A DNA stretch of 64,000 bases from Polyangiales bacterium (GCA_964202905.1 CAXNJO010000008.1:1-64000), one strand, 5' to 3'; numbered from the stretch's first letter, positions 45,354-56,355 are shown. Notes: a model not told the origin generated them from the sequence alone. Numbers and translations are program-made.

Positions 45354-46591
45354 GCCGCTCCGCGCGCGTGTTCTGCGCGCTGGTCGCGGTCGCGGTCGCG
45401 GCTGGCGGCGTGGGCGTGGCCGCCGCGAGGCCCGTGCGCATCGGCCGCCTGACCACGCTGCCCTGGGGTTTCCGCGAGGCGCACCCCTGCGCGACGCTCG
45501 CCTGTGACGCGGGCCGCAGCGGACGCGTCCGCGGTCGCTTCCCGGCGGTCACACCCGTCCGTACCTGGCGCCACGTGACGAGCGAACCGGTCGCCGATCT
45601 CGGTCACGCGCACCCGCTCGTGCTCGCGGGGGAGCTCGTGGTCGTCGCAGGGGTCGGCGGGATCGAGGGCTTCACGCGCGGCGGGACACGCGCCTTCCAT
45701 GCGGCCTACGGAGTGGCCGCGATGGCGCACGTCCCCGCGCTCACGCCGGGCGACGATCTCGTCGTGGCGACCACGCGCGGCGACGTCCTGCTCGTCACGC
45801 GCGAGGGCGTGGTGCGCGCGAGGGCGCGGGTGCCGGGCGGCGTGCGCGGCGCGCCGCTCGCGTTGGCGGATGGCACGATCGTGGTCGGCACCTCCGACGC
45901 GCTCGTCGGGCTCGACGCGGAGCTCGGTCCGCTGTTCGAGGTGCCGCTCCGGGGCGGGGCGAGCGGCGCGCCCGTCCTCACGCGCGAGGGCCGCGTCGCC
46001 GTGGGCGCGGGCGCCGACGTCGTCGTGACGGACGCCGAGGGGCGCGGCGCCTCGCGCAGCGAGCTCGCGGCGCGCATCGACGATCACGTCGCCGTCGCGC
46101 CCGACGGCACGCTCTGGGCGCGCGTCGCGACGGGGGAGCTGGTGGCGATCGACCCCTCGGGCCACGCGCGCACCCGCGGCGCGGCAGGCCGCGCGGACGC
46201 GTTCGCGCCGGTCGTCGCGGCCGACGGCTCGCTGCGTGTCTTCGTGCGGACGAGCGCGGGGCGCACCGCTCTCGCGGCGCTCGCGCCGACGGGCCGCGTC
46301 CTCTGGGAGCGTGCGCTCGACGGCGTGCCCCGCGGCGTCACGGTCGACGCGGAAGGCACGTCGATCGCCGCGATGCAGGCGCCGCTCCCGACGGGCCCCG
46401 GCACGACGAACGTCGCGCCCATCGGCGAGCTCGTCGCCATCGACCCGCACGGCGAGGTCCTCTGGCGCGTCGTGACCGAGGGCGTCCCGTTCGACGCGCC
46501 GGTGCGCGGCGACGCGGGCGCGCTCTACGTGCTCGTCGCGCGCGAGCGCACCGCCCTCGAGTGCTACGCCGCGCCCGAGCCGCCCGGCTGA
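45350..46591 (+). CDS. Secreted PQQ-like beta-propeller protein
   Basis: Signal peptide and repeated P….DG..V / L.A…G…W blades. GTGA overlap. Confidence 0.75.
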
Positions 46592-46681
46592 GCGCGCACG
46601 GCGCGCACGCGCTGCGCCCGCCCCGAACACGCCTCGTCCGCTGTGCCCCGGAGACGAAACGCCGGTGCTACACCGCGCGCG

Positions 46682-47740
46682 ATGCACATCGCTGAGCTCG
46701 ACTACGCGCTGCCCGAAGAACTCATCGCGAGCGAGCCCCTCGCCGAGCGCGACGCGGCGCGCCTGCTCGTCGTCGCGCGCGGCGTCGGCCCCGTCGCCGA
46801 CGCGTCCGTGCGCGCGCTGCCCGGCCTGCTGCCGCCCGCGCTCTTCGTCGTGAACGACACGCGCGTGCTGCCCGCGCGCCTGCACGCGACGAAGGCGAGC
46901 GGCGGTCGCGTCGAGCTGCTGCTCGTGCGGCGCCTCTCGGACGCGGGCGCCGAGGAGCGCTGGGAGTCGATGGCGCGCGGGCTCAAGTCGCTGCGTGCGG
47001 GCACCGAACTGCGCGTGGGTGACGCGCTCGCGATCACGGTGCTCGGCCGCGTCGAGTCCGACACCGTCGAGGTCGCGCTGCGCAGCCTCGATGGTGCGCC
47101 CGTCGAGTCGACGCTCGCGCGCGTGGGCGAGCTGCCGCTGCCGCCCTATCTGCGCCGCGAGGCGCGCCCGGAAGACGCCGAGCGCTACCAGACGGTCTTC
47201 GCGGCGCACACCGGCTCCGTCGCCGCGCCGACGGCGGGCTTGCACTTCTCGGAGCGCCTGCTCGCGGAGCTCGACGCGGCCGGGCATCGCCTGACGCGCG
47301 TCACGCTGCACGTCGGGCCGGGCACGTTCCTGCCGCTCCGCTCGGACGATCTGCGCGAGCACCTCATGCACGCCGAGCACTACGAGGTGAGCGACGAGGC
47401 CGCGCGCGCCATCGCCGAGGCGCGCCGCGAGGGGCGGCCGATCGTCGCCGTCGGCACCACCGTCGTGCGCACGCTCGAGTCCGCCGCGAAGCAGGATGCG
47501 CAGGGTGCGTGGCACGTTCCCGCGGGTACGGGCGAGACGCGGCTGTTCCTGTATCCGCCCGCGGAGCTGCGCGTCGTCGACGCGCTCTTCACGAACTTCC
47601 ACCTGCCGAAGAGCACGCTCCTCGCGCTCGTGATGGCGTTCGCCGGCGTCGAGCCCGTGCGCCGCGCCTACGCGCACGCCGTCCGCGAGCGCTATCGCTT
47701 CTTCAGCTACGGCGACGCGATGCTGCTCAAGCGCCCGTGA
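46682..47740 (+). CDS. queA: S-adenosylmethionine:tRNA ribosyltransferase-isomerase
   Basis: NDTRVLPARL, PLPPY, YQTVFA, AAPTAGLHF, LHVGPGTF, TNFHLPKSTL, FFSYGDAM. Confidence 0.97.
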   Translation: MHIAELDYALPEELIASEPLAERDAARLLVVARGVGPVADASVRALPGLLPPALFVVNDTRVLPARLHATKASGGRVELLLVRRLSDAGAEERWESMARGLKSLRAGTELRVGDALAITVLGRVESDTVEVALRSLDGAPVESTLARVGELPLPPYLRREARPEDAERYQTVFAAHTGSVAAPTAGLHFSERLLAELDAAGHRLTRVTLHVGPGTFLPLRSDDLREHLMHAEHYEVSDEAARAIAEARREGRPIVAVGTTVVRTLESAAKQDAQGAWHVPAGTGETRLFLYPPAELRVVDALFTNFHLPKSTLLALVMAFAGVEPVRRAYAHAVRERYRFFSYGDAMLLKRP

Positions 47741-47795
47741 AGGCGGCCGCGCGCGAGGTGCGCGTGCCTGCGCCGCTGCTACACCGCGCGGCGCG

Positions 47796-48939
47796 ATGAC
47801 GCTCCCGACGCCCGGCTTTTTCTTCGAGATCACCGCGCGTGACGGCGATGCGCGTGCGGGCCGCTTCACGACGCCGCGCGCCGTCGTCGAGACGCCCGTC
47901 TTCATGCCCGTCGGCACGCAGGCGACGGTCAAATCGCAGACGCCCGCCGAGGTCGCCGCGACGGGCGCGCGCCTGATCCTCGCGAACACCTACCACCTCT
48001 GGCTGCGCCCCACGGCCGAGCGCGTGCGCCACTTCGGCGGCGTGCAGCGCTTCATGCGCTGGCCCCACGCGATGCTCACCGACTCGGGCGGCTATCAGGT
48101 CTTCTCGCTCGCCGATCTCCGCACCATCGACGACGAGGGCGTCACCTTCAAGTCGCACCTCGACGGCGCGCGCATGCGGCTCACGCCCGAGGAGTCGATG
48201 CGCGTGCAGGCGCTGCTCGGCTCCGACGTCGCGATGGTGCTCGACGTCTGCCCGCCCGGCGGCGCCGAGCGTCGCGTGATCGAGGACGCGATGCGCCGCA
48301 CCACGGCGTGGGCCGCGCGCTGTCTCGCCGTGCCCGCGGCCGAGGGGCAGGCGCGCTTCGGCATCGTGCAGGGCGGCGCGCACGCGGATCTGCGGCTCGC
48401 GCACCTCGCCGACATCGCCGCCTTGCCCTTCGACGGAATCGCGCTCGGCGGCTACTCGGTGGGCGAGCCGATCCCCTCGATGTACGAGGGATTTTCGCGC
48501 GTCGTTCCCGCGCTCCCGCAAGAAAAACCACGTTATGTGATGGGGGTCGGCACGCCCTACGATCTGCTGCACGGCATGGGCGCGGGCGTCGATCTCTTCG
48601 ACTGCGTGCTGCCGACGCGCAACGCGCGCAACGGGCAGGCGCTCACCTGGGGCGGCCGCGTGAACCTCAAGCAGGCGCGGCACCGCGACGACGAATCGCC
48701 GCTCGACGCGCTCTGCGAGTGCCCCGTGTGCACCACCGTATTCGCGCGGCTATCTGCGCCACCTCACCGTCGCCAAGGAGATGCTCGGCGCGCGGCTCGT
48801 CACCGAGCACAACCTGCACTTCTACGGCGCCCTCACGCGCGCGGCGCGCGTCGCCATCCGCGAGCAGCGCTACGGCGCGTGGTCGGCCGAGACCGCCGCG
48901 CGGATGCGCGCGGGCGACGAGATCGGCAAGGGCGCGTAG
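47796..48939 (+). CDS. tgt: Queuine tRNA-ribosyltransferase (frameshift near 48739)
   Basis: [45 protein letters not shown] and CECPVC. A shifted frame continues YSRGYLRHL…HNL to TAG 48939. Confidence 0.93.
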
Positions 48940-49035
48940 CGCGCGTCACGGTCGCGTTGCAGGGACGCGACGAGGCGCGGAATCCCGCGTCGGCGCCCCC
49001 CGACGCGCCGCGCAGTCGCGCTACCGTCGCGCCCG

Positions 49036-50788
49036 ATGCCGCATCTCCCTCGCTCGCTCCGGCCCCGTCACGCCGCGCTCGCCGTCTTCGTCGCGCTCGC
49101 CACCACGCTCGCGGTGACGCTCGCGGGCTGCCCTCCTGCGCGTCCGCCCGTCACGCCGCGCGCGTCGTCGCCGCGTGCGTTGCACCCGCTCGCGTGGCCG
49201 CGCCCGGCACCGCTCGTCGTCGTCGTGGTCTACGACCAGCTCGGCGCAGCGACGCTCGAGCGGCATCTGCCGCAGCTTGCGCCCGATGGCCTGATCCGTT
49301 CGACGATGGCCGCGGGCAGCACCGTGTGGACCGCGCGCTACCCGTACGCCGCGACGTACACCGCGCCCGGCCACGCCGCGATCTTCACGGGCGCGGCGCC
49401 CGAGCGCTCGGGCATCGCCGCGAACAAGGTCTGGGACCGCGCGCGCGGCAAGCGCATCTCCGCGGTCGACGACGCGACGCATCCCGTGATCGGCCGCGAG
49501 GGCGCCTTCGCCTCACCGGAGACGCTGCGCGTCTCCACGGTGGGCGATGTGCTGCGCGCAGCGACGGCCGATCGCGCGCAGGTCGTCGCGCTCTCCCTCA
49601 AGGATCGCAGCGCCGTGCTGCCGGGCGGGCACCGCGCCTCGCTCGCGCTCTGGTTCGATCGCGAGGCGCACGCCTTCACGACCTCGACGTACTACGCGCC
49701 GGCCGTGCCCGCGTGGGTCGGTGCGTTCGCCGCCGCGCATCCGCTCGATCCGTCGATCGTCGCGTGGGAGCCCGCGGATCCGGCGCTCCTCGCGCGCGTG
49801 CTCGGCCCCGACGACGCCGCGGGCGAGGGTGACTGGGAGGGCTACGGCCGCACCTTCCCGCATCGCCCCGGCGCGAGCCGCGATCCGTGGGAGGCGCTGC
49901 TCGCGACGCCGATGGCCGGCGAGGCCTTGCTCGCGCTCGCCGCCGAGTCCGCGCGCGCGCTCGCGCTCGGTGACGATGCGACGCCCGATCTGCTCGCGAT
50001 CTCGCTGAGCAACGTCGACTACGTGGGCCACACCTTCGGCCCGGATTCGTGGGAATACCTCGACAACCTCATTCGCACCGATCGCGCCGCGGGCGCCTTC
50101 GTGCGTGCGCTCGCTGCGCGTCGCGAGGTCTCCGTGCTCATCACCGCCGACCACGGCGCCGCGCCCCTCGCCGAGCACGCGTCGGGCACCGCGCGCGAAG
50201 GCGCACGCCTGCTGCCTGCGATGCTCGCCGAGCGCGCCGGAGGCTGCGTGCGACGCCGCGCTCGGCCCGGGCACTTGGGTCGACGCCTTCGTGCAGCCCT
50301 TCGTCTACCTCTCCGAGACGGCGAAGCAGCCCGCGCACCGCGACCGCGCCGTCGCCGCCGTGCGCACCGCGCTCGCCGCGCTGCCGGGCGTCCATTCCGT
50401 CCACGACGTGCGCGACGCCGAGCGCCTCCGCGCGAGCACGGTGCCGCTCGAGCGCGCCGTGGGCCTGAGCCTCCCGCCACAGCCGCCCGGCGAGCTCTTC
50501 CTCGTCCCCGCGGAGGGCAGCGTCATCGACGAAGAGGTCCCTGCAGGCGCCGGCACGAGCCACGGCTCGCCGTGGGACTACGACACCCACGTCCCCGTCG
50601 TCTTCGCGGGCCCCGGCATCGCGCACACCACCTCGCGTGATGTCATCGATCAGCGCCGCGTCGCCGCGACGATCGCCGGCCTCCTCGGCATCGCCGCCGA
50701 GTGGGCCGAGCAATGCGCGTCGGAATCGCGCCCCGCCGAGACCCCGTTGCCCGGCGCGCCCGGGCTGCCGGAGCTGCACGGGGAGTGA
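49036..50788 (+). CDS. Alkaline phosphatase superfamily lipoprotein (PafA-like; frameshift near 50239)
   Basis: Lipobox LAGC, VVYDQ, TAPGHA, SLKDRSA, DYVGHTFGPDS, TADHG, HGSPWDYDTHVP. Confidence 0.88.
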
Positions 50789-50856
50789 TCTCGCGGTGTC
50801 GGCGGCGGAGCGCGAGGAAGACGGCGCACGCGAGGGACTTGCCGAGGCGACCTCCC

Positions 50857-51021
50857 TCAGCGTCGTACGCCCTGGATCATGAGCGCGATGCCCGGCTCGA
50901 GCGCCTTCGGCAGCGTCACCTCGCGCGGGACCGTCCTTCGCGGCGCCGCCTCCCAGAAGCTCCAGCCCCGCGCGACGTCGAGCAACTCCTCCGGATCCCT
51001 GGTGTCGACTCCGTTCGACAC
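50857..51021 (-). CDS. Possible small protein (54 aa)
   Basis: GC3-biased frame MSNGVDTRDPEELLDVARGWSFWEAAPRR…IQGVRR*, below the ORF-track cutoff. Confidence 0.3.
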   Translation of the reverse strand: MSNGVDTRDPEELLDVARGWSFWEAAPRRTVPREVTLPKALEPGIALMIQGVRR

Positions 51022-51102
51022 CGCGCTTCGTGTCAACGGCAGTCGTCGCGGAGCACGGCGTCGACTCGAGTCGACACCTTCGCGGACTGGGCGCCACGCC
51101 GC

Positions 51103-51462
51103 TCAGCCCCGCTCGCGCAACTCGTCCCAATGCGTGGCGTCGTCGCCGAGCCGCGACCACGCGGCGTGCGCCTCGGCCTCGCTCAGGTAGCCCTGCCGCC
51201 ACGCGAGCCAGCCGGGCTCCGCGCGGAGGCCTGCGAGGATGGCGTCGGGGAGGAACGCGCACACCGGCGCCCAGAGCGGCGCCATCGCGAGCATCACGAC
51301 GTGCCCTGTGAGGCCGCCGAGCCAGCTTTTGCCGAGCACGCCCCAGCGCAGCCAGGGCACGACGGGCGGGAGCACTCGCCGCAACCGCCACGTGCTCTGC
51401 GCGGTGCGTGCCATGCACACGAGCCAACTCAACAACCACAACCCCGCGACGATCCGAGCCAT
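51103..51462 (-). CDS. Hypothetical Trp-rich membrane protein
   Basis: MARIVAGLWLLSW…; TAGCGT box 7 nt before the ATG; hydrophobic segments. Confidence 0.6.
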   Translation of the reverse strand: MARIVAGLWLLSWLVCMARTAQSTWRLRRVLPPVVPWLRWGVLGKSWLGGLTGHVVMLAMAPLWAPVCAFLPDAILAGLRAEPGWLAWRQGYLSEAEAHAAWSRLGDDATHWDELRERG

Positions 51463-51618
51463 GCGCGCGACGCTATCGAACGGGCTGCCCGTCGACAAGC
51501 GCTCCCCGGGCACCCGCACTGAACCGCGGCGGATCCTCCGCAACGACGCGTTCACGGCGCACGACGCCGGTTGACGGCGCCGACGCTGCGCGGTACGCGG
51601 CGCCGCGAAGGAGTCTCC

Positions 51619-53202
51619 ATGGCCCGCCCTGAACGCGCTCTGCTCTCCGTCTCCGACAAGTCCGGCCTCGTCCCGTTTGCGCAGGCCCTCGCCCGCGCGG
51701 GCGTCGAGCTGCTCTCCACCGGCGGCACGGCGAAGGCGCTGCGCGACGCCGGCCTCACGGTGATCGACGTGTCCGAGTACACGCAGAGCCCGGAGATCAT
51801 GGACGGCCGCGTGAAGACGCTGCACCCGCGCGTGCACGGCGGTCTGCTCATGCGCGAGCGCGACGACGACCGCGCGCAGCTCGCGAGCATCGGCGGCCAG
51901 CCGATCGACCTCGTCGTCGTGAACCTCTACCCCTTCGAGCAGACGGTCGCGCGCGGCGCGGCCTTCGACGAGGTGATCGAGAACATCGACATCGGAGGGC
52001 CCTCGATGTTGCGCAGCGCCGCGAAGAACCACGCGCGCGTCACGGTCGTCGTCGATCCGGCCGACTACGCGCTCGTCACGGCGGCGCTCGACACCGCCGA
52101 CGGCTGCCCCGATGCGGTCGCGCGGCGCCGGCTCGCGGCGAAGGTCTTCACGCACACGGCGGCCTACGACGGCGCCATCGCGGGCTACCTCACCTCGGTG
52201 GGCGACGACGTCGAAGCGCCGCGCGCGGCCTTCCCGGGCACGCTCTCGCTCTCCTTCGAGAAGGCGTACGGGCTGCGCTACGGCGAGAACCCGCATCAGC
52301 AGGGCGCCTTCTACATCGAGCGCGGCGCGGCCGAGGGCACGCTCGCGCGGGCGCAGTCGATCGGCGCGGGCGGCAAGGAGCTCAGCTTCAACAACCTCGT
52401 CGATTGCGACGCGGCGCTCGAGTGCGTACGCGAGCTGATCGGCCCCGCGGCCGTGGTCGTGAAACACACGAACCCGTGCGGCGTCGCGACGGGCGCGGAC
52501 CTCGCCGAGGCCTACCGCGCCGCGCGCGAGGCCGACGCGCTGAGCGCCTTCGGCGGCATCGTCGCGCTGAACCGCACCGTCGATCGCGCGACGGCGGCGC
52601 TGCTCCTCGAGACCTTCCTCGAGTGCGTGGTCGCGCCGGCGTATGACGACGACGCGCTCGCGCTGCTGCACGGCAAGAAGAACCTGCGCCTGCTCGCGAC
52701 GGGCGCGTGGCTGCCCGCGACGTACGCCGAGCGCACGTGGAAGCGCGTCAACGGCGGTCTCGTCGTTCAGGGCCGCGACGCGACCGGCGGCGACGAGGTC
52801 TGCGACGCGAAGGTCGTCACGCGCCGCGCGCCGACGCCGGACGAGCTGCGCGGCCTCGACTTCGCGTGGCGCGTCTCCAAGCACGTGAAGTCGAACGCCA
52901 TCGTGCTCGCGCATGCGGGCGAGGGCGCTGCGGCGCGCACGGTGGGCGTCGGCGCGGGGCAGATGTCGCGCGTCGTCAGCGTGCAGATCGCCTGCGAGAA
53001 GGCGGGCGCGCTCACGAAGGGCGCGGTGCTCGCGAGCGACGCGTTCTTCCCGTTCGCCGATGGCCTCGAGGCCGCCGCGCGTGCAGGCGTGACGGCCGTC
53101 GCACAGCCGGGCGGATCGGTGAAGGACGCCGACGTCATCGCCGCGGCCGACGCCGCGGATGTCGCGATGGTCTTCACGGGCTTCCGGCACTTCCGCCACT
53201 GA
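51619..53202 (+). CDS. purH: Bifunctional AICAR transformylase/IMP cyclohydrolase
   Basis: ALLSVSDK, STGGT, GRVKTLHP, IDIGGPSM, LRYGENPHQ, ASDAFFPF, RHFRH. AAGGAG RBS. Confidence 0.97.
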   Translation: MARPERALLSVSDKSGLVPFAQALARAGVELLSTGGTAKALRDAGLTVIDVSEYTQSPEIMDGRVKTLHPRVHGGLLMRERDDDRAQLASIGGQPIDLVVVNLYPFEQTVARGAAFDEVIENIDIGGPSMLRSAAKNHARVTVVVDPADYALVTAALDTADGCPDAVARRRLAAKVFTHTAAYDGAIAGYLTSVGDDVEAPRAAFPGTLSLSFEKAYGLRYGENPHQQGAFYIERGAAEGTLARAQSIGAGGKELSFNNLVDCDAALECVRELIGPAAVVVKHTNPCGVATGADLAEAYRAAREADALSAFGGIVALNRTVDRATAALLLETFLECVVAPAYDDDALALLHGKKNLRLLATGAWLPATYAERTWKRVNGGLVVQGRDATGGDEVCDAKVVTRRAPTPDELRGLDFAWRVSKHVKSNAIVLAHAGEGAAARTVGVGAGQMSRVVSVQIACEKAGALTKGAVLASDAFFPFADGLEAAARAGVTAVAQPGGSVKDADVIAAADAADVAMVFTGFRHFRH

Positions 53203-53203
53203 G

Positions 53204-53288
53204 TTGCAGGCGTGAACGGCTTGCAGAAGTGACTGCATTGCAGATGTGATGGAATTGCAGGAGTGACTGCTTTGCAGGAGAGCGACAT
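53204..53288 (+). repeat. Five tandem 17-bp degenerate repeats (TTGCAG-NN-GTGA core) between purH and purD
   Basis: TTGCAG at 53204, 53221, 53238, 53255 and 53272, an exact 17-bp period. Confidence 0.85.
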
Positions 53289-54594
53289 GTCGAGCGTGCC
53301 ATCGTCGGAGTCGGCGCGGATGAAGGTCCTCGTCGTCGGCAGCGGCGCGCGCGAGCACGCGCTCGCGTGGCGCATCGCGGAGTCGCCGCGCGTCTCGGAG
53401 GTGCTCTGCGCGCCGGGAAACCCGGGCACGCGCGCCGTCGCGACGAACGTCGCCGTCGAGGCGGGGGATGTCGTCGGCCTCGTGAAGCTCGCGCGCGAGC
53501 AGGGGGTCGGGCTCGTCGTCGTCGGCCCCGAGGCGCCGCTCGTCGCGGGGCTCGTCGACGCGCTCGCGGCGGTCGGGATTCCGGCGTTCGGTCCTTCGCG
53601 CGCGGCGGCCGAGCTCGAGGGCTCGAAGGTGCTCGCGAAGGAGCTGATGGCGAAGTACGGCGTGCCGACGGCCGACTTCCGCGTCTTCGACGACCCGGAC
53701 GCGGCGACGGCCTACGTGCGGGCCTGCGCGCGCCCGCTCGTTGTGAAGGCCGATGGGCTCGCGGCGGGCAAGGGCGTGGTCGTCGCGAAGGACGCCGCCG
53801 AGGCCATCGCCGCGATCGACGCGATGATGCGCGAGCGCATCTACAGCGACGCGGGGCGGCGCGTCGTCGTCGAAGAGGTGCTCGTCGGCGAAGAGGTCAG
53901 CTACCACGTCGTCTCGGACGGGACGCGCTACGTCGCGCTCGCCGCCGCGCAGGATCACAAGCGCCTCGGCGACGGCGATGTGGGGCCCAACACGGGCGGC
54001 ATGGGCGCGTACTCGCCGCCGCCCGTCGTGACGCCCGAGGTCGAGCAGAAGATCCTCACGCGCGTGATCGAGCCGATGCTCGCGGGGCTGCGCGCCGAGG
54101 GCCGCGTGTTCCGCGGCGCGCTCTTCGCGGGCGTGATGGTCGTCGCGGGCGAGCCGCTCACGCTCGAGTACAACGTCCGCTTTGGGGACCCGGAGTGCGA
54201 GGCGCTGATGGCCCGCTTCGACGGCGACCTCGTGCCGCTGTTGCTCGGCGCGGCGCGCGGCGACCTCGGCGATGTGCGACCGACGTTCGGCGCGGGCGCG
54301 GCGCTCTGCGTGGTGCTCGCGGCCGCGGGCTATCCGGTGCGCGTGCGGAGCGGCGACGCGATCCGCGGGCTCGACGACGTCGCGTCGGCCGCGCCGGGCG
54401 CGCGCGTCTTCCACGCGGGGACGCGCCTCGACGGGGATGTGCTGCGCACGAGCGGCGGGCGCGTGCTCACGGTGTGCGCGGCGGGCGCGACGCTCGACGC
54501 AGCCGCGGCGCTCGCCTACCGCGCCGCGGACGCGATCGACTTCGACGGCAAGCAGCTGCGCCGCGACATCGGGCACCGCGCGCGCACGCGCTGA
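53287..54594 (+). CDS. purD: Phosphoribosylamine-glycine ligase
   Basis: GSGAREHA, GPEAPL, LEGSK, KADGLAAGKGV, QDHKR, GPNTGGMGAYSP, RFGDPE. Start is 53287 (AGGAG RBS) or 53320. Confidence 0.96.
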   Translation: MSSVPSSESARMKVLVVGSGAREHALAWRIAESPRVSEVLCAPGNPGTRAVATNVAVEAGDVVGLVKLAREQGVGLVVVGPEAPLVAGLVDALAAVGIPAFGPSRAAAELEGSKVLAKELMAKYGVPTADFRVFDDPDAATAYVRACARPLVVKADGLAAGKGVVVAKDAAEAIAAIDAMMRERIYSDAGRRVVVEEVLVGEEVSYHVVSDGTRYVALAAAQDHKRLGDGDVGPNTGGMGAYSPPPVVTPEVEQKILTRVIEPMLAGLRAEGRVFRGALFAGVMVVAGEPLTLEYNVRFGDPECEALMARFDGDLVPLLLGAARGDLGDVRPTFGAGAALCVVLAAAGYPVRVRSGDAIRGLDDVASAAPGARVFHAGTRLDGDVLRTSGGRVLTVCAAGATLDAAAALAYRAADAIDFDGKQLRRDIGHRARTR

Positions 54595-54690
54595 GCGCCG
54601 CGCGCTGCGCCCCGCCGCACGCCCCGCAGCGCGCTTGTGCGGGCCTGCGGCGCGTGCGATTTTGCGTGTTTCCCACTAGGAGCCGAGCCC

Positions 54691-56013
54691 ATGGCCGAGA
54701 TCGCCCCGCTGCACGCGCTTCGCTTCGACGACGACGAGCTCCCCGCCGTGATCGCGCCGCCCTACGACGTGCTCGGTCCCGCGGAGCGCGCGGCCTACGC
54801 GGCGCGCTCGCCCCACAACGTCGTGCACGTCGATCTGCCCGAGGGCGACGGCGACGCGAAGTACGCCGCGGCCGCGGAGCGTCTCGCGTCGTGGCGCGCG
54901 CAGGGCGTGCTCCGGCGCGACGCGCGCGGCTCGATCGTGCGTTACGAGCAGACGTTCACGCCCCCTGGCGGCGGCGCGCCGATCACGCGTCGCGGCTTCT
55001 TCGCGCTCGTCCGCGCGGAGCCCTACGAGGCGCGCGTCGTGCTTCCCCACGAGCGCACGCTGAGCGGCCCGAAGGAGGACCGCTACAAGCTCTTCCGCGC
55101 GACGGCGACCGCGCTCTCGCCGGTCTTTCTGCTCTACCGCGACGCGAGCGGCGACGTCGCGCGCGCCCTCGAGGACACCGGTCCGGTCTCCCGCTGGACG
55201 ACGGACGACGGCATCGCGCATTCGGTCGCCCGCATCACGGACGCCGCCGAGCTGCGCGCGGTCGCTGCCGCGCTGCGCGACGAGCCGCTGCTCATCGCCG
55301 ACGGGCACCACCGCTACGAGACGACCCTGCGCTACGGCGCCGCGATCGACGCCGAGCGCGCCGCGCAGGGCCTGCCGCCCGCGCCGGACGGGGCGCATCG
55401 CTTCGTGCTCGCCTTCCTCGCGGACGCCGACGATCCGGGGCTCGTCGTGTTCCCGACGCATCGCCTCGTGAGCGCGATCCCCGGCTTCGATCGCGCCGCG
55501 CTGCTCGACGGCGTGCGCGGGCTCTTCGACGTCCTCCCCGCGCGCGCGGACGACGTGCCCGCGCTGGTCGCGGCGCTCGCGGCTGCCGGGCGCGAGCGAC
55601 CGTCGTTCGCGGCGGTCTTCCCGGGGGGCGAGGCGGCGCTGCTCACGTTGCGCGCCGATGCGGACGTCGACGGGCACCCGGTGCTCGGTGCGCGCGCCGC
55701 GGTGCTGCGGCGCACCGACTGCGTGCTCCTGCACGCGGGCATCCTCGAGCCCGTGCTCGGCCTCACCGCCGAGGCGCAGGCGCAGCAGACGAACCTCGCC
55801 TACTTCAAGATCGCGCAGGACGCGGTGCGCGCGCTCGAGCAGGGCGGCGGGCAGGTCCTGTTCCTCATGAACGGCACGCCCGTCGCGGACGTGCGCCGCT
55901 CGTGCGAGGCGGGCGAGGTGATGCCGCAGAAGAGCACCTTCTTCTATCCGAAGGTGCCGACGGGCGTGGTGCTGCACGCCCTCGACCCGGAGGACACCGT
56001 CGCGCCGGCGTGA
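54691..56013 (+). CDS. DUF1015 family protein
   Basis: APPYDV, PHERT, IADGHHRYET, PTHR, MPQKSTFFYPK. Confidence 0.9.
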   Translation: MAEIAPLHALRFDDDELPAVIAPPYDVLGPAERAAYAARSPHNVVHVDLPEGDGDAKYAAAAERLASWRAQGVLRRDARGSIVRYEQTFTPPGGGAPITRRGFFALVRAEPYEARVVLPHERTLSGPKEDRYKLFRATATALSPVFLLYRDASGDVARALEDTGPVSRWTTDDGIAHSVARITDAAELRAVAAALRDEPLLIADGHHRYETTLRYGAAIDAERAAQGLPPAPDGAHRFVLAFLADADDPGLVVFPTHRLVSAIPGFDRAALLDGVRGLFDVLPARADDVPALVAALAAAGRERPSFAAVFPGGEAALLTLRADADVDGHPVLGARAAVLRRTDCVLLHAGILEPVLGLTAEAQAQQTNLAYFKIAQDAVRALEQGGGQVLFLMNGTPVADVRRSCEAGEVMPQKSTFFYPKVPTGVVLHALDPEDTVAPA

Positions 56014-56051
56014 CGGTGGCCCACGCCCCGCGCGCGGTCCGCACGCGACTT

Positions 56052-56081
56052 TTGACACCGGTGCCCCCGGCGCGATAGATA
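56052..56081 (+). promoter_or_regulatory. Candidate sigma70 promoter
   Basis: TTGACA-18 nt-TAGATA upstream of ATG 56092. Confidence 0.45.
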
Positions 56082-56091
56082 CGGACGCACC

Positions 56092-56355
56092 ATGGCGCTC
56101 ATCGAGACAGAAGAGGCGGCCCGCCGGCTCGCGAGGGCCATCGCCAGCGATCTCTCGCTCTACAACGAGGAGAAGATTGTCGAGGGGATCACGCAGGATC
56201 GCCTCTTCGAGAAGCTCGCCGACGAGATCGAGGAGGGCCGCGCGCTGTTCAAGAGCCGCGTCGCCCCCGATCTCTACGCGAAGAACTTCTACGACCGCGC
56301 CATCATCGACATCCTCGTGCGGTCCAAGGGCCACATCAAATCGCCGTTGTGGTGA
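56092..56355 (+). CDS. Conserved small hypothetical protein
   Basis: 87 aa with strong codon bias; ARRLARAIASDLSLYN…IEEGR motif resembles small proteins of delta-proteobacteria/myxobacteria. Confidence 0.8.
   Translation: MALIETEEAARRLARAIASDLSLYNEEKIVEGITQDRLFEKLADEIEEGRALFKSRVAPDLYAKNFYDRAIIDILVRSKGHIKSPLW

Noticed and set aside
47796..49832. 678-aa extended Tgt
   Set aside because: Read-through caused by the indel near 48739. The normal Tgt C-terminus ends at 48939.
53204..53288. Possible mini-CRISPR array
   Set aside because: The period is only 17 bp, there are no unique 25-45 bp spacers, and no cas genes are present.
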